From positions 8,246,001-8,310,000 of the forward strand of contig CM022666.1 of NCBI GenBank assembly GCA_012295275.1: a DNA stretch of 64,000 nt, given 5' to 3'. The stretch is from Chrysomallon squamiferum. Its lineage: Eukaryota; Animalia; Mollusca. The translations under genes were made by a program, and so were the position numbers. The notes under the pieces were generated by a model. It was not told the DNA's origin. It did no database searches and saw nothing but the letters and a program-made list of their open reading frames with translations. Below are positions 43,195 to 55,828 of this stretch, in pieces. The stretch's first letter is position 1, and each line of letters starts with the position of its first letter.

Positions 43195-45975
43195 CTTTCA
43201 CCAATTTAAATAATGTTCAGTTAAAACAGAATGAAAGACCTTTTCATGTCTAGAAAAAACTGTTCCATTTAAATCACTAAATATTCTCATCATTCAGTAT
43301 TTGAAATGATGTTTTGCAGGCAGTAGTACACAGGACTGAGGGGATTCTTGGCTTTATTTACTGTGACTTCTTTGAGAGACATGGGAAAGCAAATCAGGTG
43401 AGAATGACATCATGAAAAATTTCCAACATCCCAAGCAGAAAAAAAAAAAAAAAACACACAAAAAAAAAAAAAAAAAAAAAAAATAAATGAATTTAAGAAA
43501 AGTAAAAAAATTAAAAATAAAATAAAAAAAAATAAAGACCTAAATAATTATTTTTAGGTAAAAAAGACAACTTTGTCTTGTTGACAAAACTTGGTTCCTT
43601 AAGTGTTATTTAAAAAGAAATTAAATAAATATTAAGTAAAATAATAGAATTTAAATAATAATTATAAAATAGATAATAATGATGAAGATGAAGCAGGAGT
43701 AACAATAATAATAAATGATAAAACTGAAAATAATTATAATATCAACAACAATAATAAAATAATTATTATAGTAATAATAATAATAATAATAATAGAAATA
43801 ATAAAATTAAAACAACAATTATAATAAAGCATACAAAACCACACACACACACACACACATTTAACAAAAATGCTAACTGTTAAAACAAACTATTTGACAT
43901 TTTGTTTAACAGGATTGTCAGTTCACTATTCAGGGGGGTCGACTGAGGGAGGACGGCACATACCAACATCCGGTTGTTGTGCTGCAGCTGAATCTACCAC
44001 AGCCACAACTGCGTCGTCCCTCTCTTCTGACCCCGGGCATGATGGAGAATCTCTTTCACGAGTTCGGACACGCAATGCACTCCATGTTAGGAAGAACACG
44101 ATACCAGCATGTTACAGGTGCTGTAGTTTAATTGTTGCTGTAGTTATTATTAATATTGTTGTTGTTGTTGTTGTTATCATTGTTATTTATCAGTATTTAT
44201 TACCTTTTTTGTTATTTTTCTGGTTAATTTTATTTTAAATGCCTTTATTTTTATTGTTTTTGTAATTTTTCTTTACTATTATAGATATTGTGATTAATGT
44301 TATTATTATTTGGTTATTGTTATTATTGTTATTGTTGTTGCTAAATAATTATTGGTATTACTACTACTTTTTAATTATTAATATTATCATCATCATAATC
44401 ATTATTGTTACAAATTTCATTAATGTTGTTCAGAATGTTATTTTTGTTATCATTTATTATTATTATTACTACTACTACTACTGCTATTATTAATACTATT
44501 ATTATTATTATTTTTATTGTTAATATTTTTCAGGCACCAGATGTTCAACTGATTTTGTAGAAGTACCTTCTGTTCTTATGGAATTTTTTGCTTCTGATCC
44601 ACGAGTAAAATATAGAAATAATTGTCTGTGTGTCTGTGTGTGCATGCATATTTGTGAGTGTGTTGTAGCATGCATGTAAAGGAGTAAGTGAATAGAGGAC
44701 AGGAAATAGAAAAAGAACAATGAAGTGAAGAGAGAGAGAGAGAGAAAAAAAAAAGAAATTGACTGACAGACAGAAAAAAAGAATGAAATTAAAAATTAAA
44801 GAGAAGAAAAAGTGAAAATCATGCAAGACAAATCTGATTCATGCTTGATTACCTGTGTGGATGTGAGGAATTAAGAAAGAGACAGTATTGATGGACAAAG
44901 TTCTTGATTTTCAGGTGTTATCTACGTTTGCCCATCATTACAAGACAGGAGAGAAACTTGAAAGTTTCTCCATCAAAAATCTCTGTGATTCCAAGAAAAT
45001 GTTTGCTGCATCAGTAAGTTTAATTAATTTTAATTTATATCAAAATTTTAACTTTGCACATATGTGTCTGAGTGTTAAAAATTTACCTATTTTATACATT
45101 TAAGATTTAGCTGTGCATATTTTACATTAAATATTTACCGGTATATTTTTTATATTAAATATTTACCTGTATGTTTTTATATTATATTTACCTGTATATT
45201 TTAGATATTAAAGGTTTACTTGTATATGTTTGACATGAAAGATTTACATCTATAGTTTTGGCATTACGAATTTATATTATTATTTACATAAGGATTTAAT
45301 TGTGTATTTTTCATATTAAGGATTCACCTGTTTTGATATTAGCTATTTACCTGTGTGTTTACCTAGGAGCTACAGTTACAGGTACTCTACTCAGTGCTGG
45401 ATCAGGTGTATCATGGAAAACAGCCAATGGGAAAGTCAACAACTGAGGTTCTTAGTGACCTACAAAACATTTACTATGCAATACCACATGTGGAAGGAAC
45501 GGTAAACAAATAAATAAATAAAAATGTGTATTTTGCTAGCAGTATTATTACTGATGTTATTGTTATAATAGTATTATTGTTTCAGGCAAGACAGTTAAGA
45601 CTTGGACACCTTGTTTGATTATAGAGCTCAGTAATGATATATAAAGACTGAGTATACGTATATAAAGACTGAGTAGTTATATTTAACAAGACATTTGCAG
45701 ACTATGGAGATGATTAATGGTATATAAAGACTGAGTGATGCATACAAAGACTGAGTAGTTATAATAATAATATTGTTATTACAGGCAAGACAGTTAAGGT
45801 TTGGACATCTTGTTGGATATGGAGCAAAGTATTATTCCTACTTGTTGTCTAGAGCTATAGCATCTAGGATCTGGTATCAGTGTTTTAAAAAAGACCCATT
45901 CAACAGGTAGAATATTTTATTTAATTACTTTCAATACGTTTATCTATTGTCACTAATATTAATTATTCAAGTTGT

Positions 45976-46030
<55 letters not shown>

Positions 46031-46885
46031 CTTACTTACTTATGAGTATTTTTAAGAATTTAATTTAAAAACCTTTTTTAAAAAAATAATTTATTAGTAT
46101 TTTATAGTTGTTTTTAAAAAGACATATTTTTATTTATTTAATATTTTAATTTTATTAATTTTAGAACAGTTTAAAGTAATTAACAGTATTGTTTTAATTT
46201 ATTAATAAATTTATGAATATTTAATGTAATTAAAAATATTTGTATTAATTAATTTAGGAATAATTTAAAATAATTAAAAGTATTTGTGTTGATTTAAGAA
46301 TATTTAAAGTAATTAAAAGTTTTTATGTTAATTAATTTAGGAATAATAAAAGTAATTAAAAGTCTTTGTATTAGTTAATTTAGGAATAATTTAAAGTAAT
46401 TAAAGGTGTTTGTGTTAATTTAAGAATATTTGAAGTAATTAAAGGTGTTTGTGTTAATTAATTTAGGAGTATTTAAAGTAATTAAAGTTGTTTGTGTTAA
46501 TTAATTTAGATCTATGGGAGAGAGATACAGAAGAGAAATCCTGTCACATGGAGGTGATCAGCAGCCAAAAAAACTTATACAAGGTGCGTGTATTTGTGTG
46601 TGTGTGTGTGTATGTGTGTCACTGTGTGTGTGTCTGTATGTGTGTGTGTGCGTGGTGTCTATCTTTATTTATTTACTTTACCCCTGTTCATTTTCATTTT
46701 TATTATTATTTATTTATTTATTTCATAGATTTTTACAATAACCATATTACTTAATTACTTACTTATTTACTTACTTACTTGTTTCAGGCATGCTAGGAGA
46801 GGTGCCCAGTGTGGATTATCTTGTTGACTCACTGATGATGGATCTTCATCACAGTTCAACAAGTCTTAACCTGAATGAAGTTTAA
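35620..46885 (+). CDS. MIPEP: Mitochondrial intermediate peptidase (M3 metallopeptidase)
   Basis: 19 phase-consistent exons: 35620-35766, 36223-36396, 36892-36980, 37633-37780, 38136-38254, 38526-38589, 39251-39407, 40113-40161, 40872-40929, 41121-41173, 41760-41913, 43320-43397, 43913-44117, 44534-44604, 44915-45013, 45367-45501, 45785-45906, 46510-46583, 46788-46885. Motifs [28 protein letters not shown], zinc site [32 protein letters not shown] and [12 protein letters not shown]. Arg-rich N-terminal presequence. Confidence 0.96.
42084..42845 (-). mobile_element. Tigger/pogo-type internally deleted DNA transposon in MIPEP intron 11
   Basis: TIRs cagtggtatcttgacttacaag and cataagtcgaggtaccactg, flanked by TA on both sides. 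A frameshifted CENP-B-type HTH remnant lies inside ([17 protein letters not shown]...[17 protein letters not shown]). Confidence 0.88.
45586..45618 (+). other. Partial duplicate of the 5' end of MIPEP exon 17 with an in-frame stop
   Basis: ttcag|gca aga cag tta aga ctt gga cac ctt gtt TGA, compared with the true exon tacag|gca aga cag tta agg ttt gga cat ctt gtt gga at 45785. Confidence 0.85.
46160..46509 (+). repeat. ~40-44-bp AT-rich minisatellite ending in the MIPEP exon 18 acceptor
   Basis: Units of tttgtgttaattaatttaggaataatttaaagtaattaaa. Confidence 0.8.
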
Positions 46886-47472
46886 AATCTATAATTTTAA
46901 AACTTTAAAACAAAATTACTTTCTTCATTTTAACCAAAAATATCAGTTCATTTGTAAATTATTTCATTTGAAGCAGAAATCTCTTTTAGTATTTCATTTC
47001 ATTACAGATAGAAAAATAAGTTCATTACTGAAAAAACGAATTTTAAAATTGTTTTAAAATAAAATCATCTTCTTTGTTATAACCTGAAATATCAGTTCAC
47101 TGTACAGATTCCTGTTTTACTATTACATCACAGACAGAAGTTAAAATCTGATTTAAAAAACAAACTGTGAAAGAAATTATAAATGAAGTTGTTTATTATA
47201 GCCAGAAATATTAATTAATTCAATATTTCTGTGTTTCATTCATTACTTCAAATTGCTTTGTTTTGTTGTGAAATGACATTCATAAAGTTAATGTTTTGTG
47301 TGTGTGAGTGTGTGCCTGTGTGTGTGCATGAGAGAGAGAGAGACTGAGAATGTGTGGGGTGTTTTTGTGTTTGTGTGTAAGTATGTAAAATATTTATTTG
47401 TGTGTGTGTTTGTTCTTTTCTGTATGTGTATAATATGTGTGTTTGTAGGTGTGTTTCTGTGTCTGTACTTCT

Positions 47473-47526
<54 letters not shown>

Positions 47527-48599
47527 AAGAGGTAGAGGATGTTTTACTGCATTTGCTGAACTTTCAATTCATTTTCATTCACATCTTTCCAGTGGCGTTG
47601 ACAGTTTGTGCCTCACAAATGCAATGTCCCTGGTTCAAACTTAATTTTATTCTCATTGTTTGTTGTTCAAATTTTAAATTAAATCAAATCAAAGTTAACT
47701 TTTTAAAAATGTTTTATTTTATTTTTTAAATTGTTTTTCATTTAAATGTTAAACTTTCATTCTAATTAAGATTATTGGAGAAAAAAAATACCGATATTTC
47801 TAGTTTGAATGATAAAATATTTTGGTTGGTTGTAATAAACAGAACAAGTTTATTTGTAAATAAAATATTAACATTTTTATTTAAGTTGCAGACTGTTTGG
47901 AAATATTTTAAAGTGATATTAAAATCTTAAAACTAATGAAAGAAAGTTCTTGTTATTTATTGATTCATTGATAAGTTTATTCATTTATTATGAACATACA
48001 TACATACATACACACAGAGATACATACATACATACATATATGCATATAAACCTATTTTACTTATTCTATTTATTATTTATTACTGTTATTTATCTGTTTT
48101 ACTTATTTACTACTTTTTTTTGTTTTTTTTTTGTTTTAAATTTATAAATAATGTGTATATTATTAGAATTATTACTACTGCTGCTGCTATTACTACTATT
48201 ACTGCTATTACTAATACTACAACTACTATTACTACTAATACTACCACTACTATTGCCTCTGCTATTGCTACTGATACTGAAAGTACTACTTCCACTGCTA
48301 CTATTACTATTACAACTACTACTATTGCATCTACTTGTACCACTCCTATTACAACTATTGCTACTGCTACCACTACTGCTACTACTACTACTAATAATAA
48401 TTACAGCATCATTATCATCAACAACAACAATAATACCACCATTAACACTGATACGGGCTTGGCAACAGCGCTGCATGGTCAAAACTAGACAGTTGAAAAA
48501 GAGTCTTGGGGTGGAGTTTCATATCTCAGTCACAGCTTGTTCCAACCGGCTGATTCTGGTTACAACGTGAACGTCGTTTCATTTTCTCCCAGACATTTT

Positions 48600-49664
48600 C
48601 AGCAGGCGAGAGGTTCGGAGAAACAGGCTGTGTAGCACGTGCAGTATATGGACAGGTGTTGTCCTGCTGTAACACGATCTTACGAGCTAGCGTTTGAGCA
48701 AACGGTAGGATGGATGCAAAGTCTAATAGCGCCTCTCGCTAGCGTATGTCAGTCAAACTGCCATTAAAGACGACAAGCTGGGTCCGCCCGTGAGATGTGA
48801 TACCAACCCAAACCATCACACTTCCACGTCCAAACAGCTGGCGTTGAATAACGGAAGCGTCGACAAAGCGTTCCCCAGATTGTGTGTCTATCAGAGCTGT
48901 CCAGGTGCAGCTTGACTCATCTGTGAACAGACAGTACACTCTCCCAGTTTTGTCGCCTGAACCTTGGCTGTTGTTGACACGATGTTGAACGAGCCCGCCA
49001 GTGATGTGATAGTAAAAGTGGGCGTATGGCTGGTCGTCGGGGCCGGATTTTGTTTTCCCCGTAACTGATTCTGTACGGGGCTGGCACTAATTGGACTTTT
49101 AATCCAGGAATGGTTTGAGCTGATAAACTGGCTGTTTGGAACTGATTTTGTAAATGAACCAATCGAATATGGTTATTTGGTTGACATGAACTCAAAAGCG
49201 AACGGCCTGCCCTTGGAAAGTCATGGGTGTTGCTCTGTTGTTGATAACGTCTCCATAAAGAGTTTTTCGTGTTTTGGTGTACACCAAAATGGCGGACAAC
49301 TTGTTTTTGCTCCATTCCTGGTTACAACGACTCGAAGACGTTCATTTTCGGGAAGACGCGCAAGAAGTAACCGAATTCTGTTAAACAGGCGTGATTTTCA
49401 GAGTTACAAATGGTTAAGCAACCACAGTGTCTTTTTCGTTTTCAAAAACAATAATATGAATAGCATGTGGCCCCAAAACAGGCAAAAAAAAAAAAAAAAA
49501 AAATGTGAACCCTGAAATTCATGTGCGAGGAGTGAACGATGACCAAAATATCGAAGACAATGCTTTTGTGAATATGTATTGATTTTTCCTTTCTCTGATT
49601 TTGGAAAACGTGTAACTGTGTGAAACATTACATTATGCTCAGTTTCCTTTTTTTTCTGTTAGTA
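48600..49664 (-). mobile_element. Decayed Tc1/mariner transposon (frameshifted transposase, 3' end lost)
   Basis: Paired-like HTH (MEQKQVVRHFGVHQNT...LWRRYQQ...PRAGR) and DDE-region remnants LFTDES, GRGSVMVWVGI and LQQDNT. The probable terminus is ta|tactaacagaaaaaaaaggaaac at ~49664. Confidence 0.88.
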
Positions 49665-49741
49665 TAAACTAATGTATAAAATATTACTTCTATTATAATT
49701 ACTAGTGCTACTAGTACTTTTGCTACTACTACTACTACTAG

Positions 49742-49775
<34 letters not shown>

Positions 49776-50134
49776 GCTACTACTACTATTCATAATAGTA
49801 CCATTACTATTATTACTTCTACCACCCCTGCTGTTATGACTACAAATAACAATTACAGTAGCAGCAGCAAGAATAATAATGATCATGATCATAATCATAA
49901 TGGTAAAAAGGTTTAGAGGTATCCTCTCCCATTAACTGTGTTGACACTGACTGTGTATGACGTTATACTGGGTGTATTAGAAATGAGTTTTGCCTTGAAC
50001 TCTCAAATTACATCTCCAATAGCAAGTATCTCATTTCTGACACAATCGTTCTCCTGAAAATATTAATTAAGCTTTGTCTGTATTTATACACGTTTGAATG
50101 TATAAGAAACCTGCCAAGTATTTAGATATCGCTG

Positions 50135-50660
50135 TTAAAAACGTAACGTATTCAGATATTAACATAAAACATTGTTATACAATTTCATATTAAAAAAGTA
50201 ACGTATTAACATATTAACATAAAACGTTGTTATACAGGTGCATGTTTAAAAACGTAACGTATTTACATATTAACATGAAACATTGTTATATAATTTGGTA
50301 TTAAAAAGTAATATTAATATAAAACATTGTTATACAATTTCATATTAAAAAAGTAACGTATTAAGATATTAACATAAAATGTTGTTATACAGGTGCATGT
50401 TTAAAAACGTAACGTATTTACATATTAACGTAAAACAGTGTTATATAATTTGACATTAAAAAAGTAACGTATTAAAATATTAACATAATGCACTGTTATT
50501 CAGCTACATATTTAAAAACGTAACGTATTCAGATGTTAACATAAAACATATTCAAAAATTAATATAAAATATTATTGTACAGTTTGATATTACATAAGTA
50601 ACGTATTTAGATTTTAACATAAAAGATTGTTATACAGTTTCTTGTTTAAAAACGTAATGT
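50135..50660. repeat. ~48-bp minisatellite (aaaacgtaacgtatt...taacataaaacattgttata)
   Basis: Tandem degenerate units. Confidence 0.85.
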
Positions 50661-51501
50661 AACGTCTCATGTAAACCTAATATATTTATATGTTGAAAAA
50701 CGTCGCGTTAAAAAAGGAGTTAAAGTTACATTTTCAGGTTTACAAATTGTACATTTGGTTTATTTGTGTATGAATCCATTGATTCCTACCTACCTATCTA
50801 TCTGTATTTCGGTATGTCTATCTGTCTGTCTACCTATATGTATATATAGAATAGAATAGAATAGAATAGAATAGAATAGAATAGAACAGAATAGACTAAA
50901 CTAATACAATACAATATGATATAATTTAATGTAATACAATGTATTCTAATGTAATCTAATAATAATATAATTTAATGTAATGTAATATAGTTAATATAAC
51001 ATAACATAACATAACATAACAACATAATATAGCATAGCATATCATACCACAATACAATAAATGTAATGTAACGTAACGTAATATAATATAATATATCAAA
51101 AGTGATAAACGGATGGCAAAGAAATATATATATATATATATATACAGACAGACAGACAACATTTATTTCTATTAATAATACATTAACTTTATTATCAAAA
51201 GGGCGGATGTCAAAATACTTATTAATATGTACTTTACCTTAATCGTTATTTCGTAAATCTCAGAAAATAATTATAAATGCTAAAATGTTGCAGAATGACA
51301 TCGTTGTTTTCTTCTTCTTATTATTATTATTATAGTTTTGGCTTCAGCCTACATCAAATTCATTCTGTTAATTTGTATTTATTTTATTTTATATTTTTGA
51401 TAATATGCGAAAATAAAGTTACGAAATGTTCACAGTTTCGAATAAAATGTTCGCAAATCATCGAATAAAAATGAATGAATGAATGAATGAATAACTAAAC
51501 A

Positions 51502-51533
<32 letters not shown>

Positions 51534-52336
51534 TAAAATAATAATTTATGGAAAGAACAGTATAGAAAGAATCCGATGTTTTCGGCGGAAAATTACGAAA
51601 TGTGTTTTAATTTAAAAAAAAAAAAAAAAATTTAATACATTTTCATCCCACTCAAACTATTTACGAGTCATGATCGCAATACTTTTATTATTATTATATT
51701 TTTTTTTTTAGACAACAACAAAAAACAAAAACAACAACACTTACTGGTTAAAAAACATCGTTTGTTCTTTTCTTAATTTTTCGTTCCACTTGAGTGAACG
51801 CATGCGACATTAATCAAGGCGCAAACCACTGAGAGAAGACGCTGGAGAGTTTTTCTAAAGGTCACCTTTTAAAGGAATGATTAATCAATACGTAATGAAC
51901 TTTTATTCTCATTTCTTAAGGTCAGTTCAAAAAGAAATGGCGCCTTGTAGGAAATTAACTGCCTTTTGAAAGCAAAACGCGTGGTATTGTCGTTAACAAC
52001 CTGACACCGTTTTCTGTGACCTTGGCACGAAAAAAGATACCAACTTGTTTGGATGCACGTCTTATACGCATTTATTTATTTATTTATTTATTATTATTTT
52101 AAATTTTTCATTAGTTTTCTCTTGTGGGTTAATTTATATGAACAACAAATCTTTTTTCTTTAGAATAATAAAATAAAAGATAAAACAAATTATACAAAAA
52201 TAAATTAAATAATAATAATAATGACTGATTGGTTGGTTTGTTGTTAAAGTACAAATGCCATGTAAAACAGAATGCAAGAACTAACATCAATTTTTGAATC
52301 TGTATTACAAGCATAATGAAAATTTTGAAAAGATGT

Positions 52337-52404
<68 letters not shown>

Positions 52405-52719
52405 GTATGTATTTTCGTGTCAATGTGTTTTGTATGTGTGTGTGTGTGATTATTCATCATTAATGTAAGCATCCATTCTGCATATTTTATAAATTTCTGT
52501 GGAAATTATTTAATTTAAAAATAATAATAATAATAGTGTTTATAGATATAGACAGATAGATCAGGCTACCTTTTTGGATATGGTTAGTACGTCTTTGAAT
52601 TTTATTGTTAAATATTTTTAACACAGATCAATATAATTATTTATTTCTTAAATCTACTTATATAGCTGTATCTCTTTTTAATTAATTATATCCTTACTGA
52701 ATACTTTTTTTTTTTTTTT

Positions 52720-53715
52720 TTTGTAAACAGTATGATATGTTATCTTTTATTTGTAAAAAGCATTGTATATAATTTTTTATTTGTAAACAGTATTGTATAT
52801 AACGTTTTATTTGTAAACAGTATAGCATGTTATTTTTATTTGTAAAAAGCATTGTATATAATTTTGTATTTGTAAACAGTATTGTATATAACTTTTTATT
52901 TGTAAACAGTTTTATATAACTTTTTATTTGTAAACAGTATAGCATGTTATTTTTCTTTGTAAACAGCACTGTATATAATTTTTTATTTGTAAACAGTATT
53001 GTATATAATTTTTATTTGTAATCAGTACTGTATATAAGTTTTTATTTGCAAACAGTATTGTATATAGCTTTTTATTTGTAGACAGTATTGTATATTATTT
53101 TTTATTTGTAAACAGTACTGTATGTTATTTCTTATTTCTAAACATTAATTTTATATTACTTTTTATTCATAAACAGTATTGTATATAATTTTTATATTTC
53201 TAAGCAGTATTGTATATTATTTTTTATTGCAAACAGTATTGTATATTATTTTTTATTTGTAAACAGTACTGTAGGTTATTTCTTATTTCTAAACGTTAAT
53301 TTTATATTACTTTTTATTCGTAAACAGTATTGTATATAATTTTTTTATTTCTAAGCAGTATTGTATATTATTTTTTATTGTAAATAGTATTGTTTATTTC
53401 GAAACAGTATTGTATATAATTTTTGGTTTGTAAACAGTATTGTAGATCATATTTGCATTTGTAAACAGTATAGCATGTTATTTTTTAATTCTTAAACAGT
53501 GTTGTATATTACTTTTTATTTGTAAACAGAACTGTGTATTACTTTTTTCGTAAACAGTATTGTATATATTTTTTATTTGTAAACAGTATTGTATATTTCT
53601 TTTCATTTGTAAACAGTATAATATATTATTTTTATTTGTAAACAGTATTATGTATTACTTTTTATTCGGAAACAGTACTGTATTTGACATTTCCTTGTAA
53701 ACAATATTGTATATT
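52720..53715. repeat. ~29-30-bp minisatellite (ttttatttgtaaacagtattgtatata)
   Basis: Tandem units over ~1 kb. Confidence 0.93.
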
Positions 53716-53790
53716 ACTCATAGAGAGATACACATGCGTCTGTGTGTAAATATATACACACATAGATAGATAGATAGACAAATAGATGAC

Positions 53791-53825
<35 letters not shown>

Positions 53826-54217
53826 GAGTTAACTGCCTCCTGTTACGTCATGTAATGTCGTAACAGGAACAGAGACGTAGCATACTAACTATATATGTTA
53901 GTATTCACTGTGTGATTAAGTGTAATTACAAGCTGGTGTTTTGTTTATTTTCATACCCATTCGAGACGAAAGAGATAAATAAATAATATAATTAACACCA
54001 GCATTTATTATCGTGTTTTAGAGAGGATACGTACATAATCAAATAGGCACCCACATAACTCTATATTTGTATATAGTAAACATATAGTTATACTAAGACG
54101 TAATGATTCAAAGAAACAATATATATATATATACATATATAAAATTTAAACAGAAAATCCTTTTCCAAATAGACGTAATCCTAAATCTGATGTGAAAAAT
54201 TGTATCTAAACGTATAG

Positions 54218-54276
<59 letters not shown>

Positions 54277-54571
54277 AATGAATGGAAAAAAAAGAGAAAT
54301 ACTGCGATTTATCTGATCAGGCCAAAAATGAATACACAAATACACTGCTACATCCACTCATACACACACACATACATACACAGCTACACACACACATCAT
54401 TACACAGATATCACATGTGTGTACATACACACATACACGTGTACGTACACGCACACGCATCCTTGTGCGTCTAATTATGACGTATCTAAAACATGATGTA
54501 TTTCAAATGTGACGCCAAACTAAAACATACGCAATCACACAATTAGCGAGAACATTGTCCTTTTCATTTTT

Positions 54572-54611
<40 letters not shown>

Positions 54612-54932
54612 ACTATTTATTGTAATTTGCGGTCTCACCTGAAAAACAAATATTAAACCAACTTTCGGAAGCTGTGGGTGTTCTTTGGGGATAACTCACG
54701 CTCTCATTCACCGATAGATTAATTCTCAGTGGACATGCTCAGATATCTTCGATATATTTCGTCAGTATTCGTAATTAAGCATCGCTATAATTTGAAGATC
54801 GTAATTTTCTTTTTCTCCCCACCTTTTTTACAAACCACGCAGATTAAGTAATGGAAGAGTAATATGAAGACTGGATGGATCGCAATGACCAGTTTATCTT
54901 TCTTTTTTTTTTTTTTTCTTTGCGAGGCTTGA

Positions 54933-54962
54933 GAAATGAAACCGAGCAGGAGCGACTATAAA
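54933..54962 (+). promoter_or_regulatory. IL-17 core promoter: IRF-like element and TATA box
   Basis: GAAATGAAACC at 54933 and TATAAA at 54957, about 90 bp upstream of the ATG at 55048. Confidence 0.55.
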
Positions 54963-55047
54963 TGACATGGAGAGAGTATTCTGAGTTTAATTAGCAAGCA
55001 AAGGTGAGGACAGCAGGGTGGATGTCACAGACTGCAGCAACCACACA

Positions 55048-55309
55048 ATGAACGTGGTAAGTGCTGTAGCTATTCTAGATGTTGTCGTTTACTACTACTA
55101 CTACTACTACTACTACTAATAATAATAATAATAATAATAGTTCTTTCTTCTTTTTCTTCAGCGTCTGCTTCTTCTTCTTCTTCTTCTTCATCTTCTTCTT
55201 ATTATTATTACTTTTATCATTATTATTATTCTTGCTGTTGTTGTCGTTGCTATTGTTGCTGTTATTATTTCTGGTAGTGACAAAATTTGTTTATATTTGT
55301 ATTTCATAA

Positions 55310-55342
<33 letters not shown>

Positions 55343-55393
55343 CAGCTTTCACTAGTTACTACTATTACTATGCTACAACAACAACAACAACTG

Positions 55394-55429
<36 letters not shown>

Positions 55430-55711
55430 CTCTATTGCTACTTTTTAATCTGTATCACAGTTACCTTTGTAATCTGTACAAAAGCTGGATCGAAATTTCC
55501 TTAGTACATCAGTTGAGTCTTTGCCTATTGTAACAGAATTCTACGATCTTTTCATAACGACAATGATATACACTTTTCCGAGTACGGGAAGGTTCATATA
55601 GAAAGTCACTTACTGCTAATTTCGAGGGGTTTCCGTTGGAATATTTTTCTGTCTCAGAACTTATTAAATAAATAAACATGCAAACAAAGAAATGAATGAA
55701 TGAATAGATAA

Positions 55712-55775
<64 letters not shown>

Positions 55776-55797
55776 ACAGATAACTAAGAAAATAAAA

Positions 55798-55828
<31 letters not shown>

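Noticed and set aside
43870-44238. Listed 122-aa ORF
   Set aside because: It is an alternative frame over MIPEP exon 13; the true frame encodes HEFGH.
48099-48570. Thr-, Ser- or Leu-rich ORFs resembling mucin
   Set aside because: These are (ACT)n trinucleotide repeats open in several frames, with no splice support.
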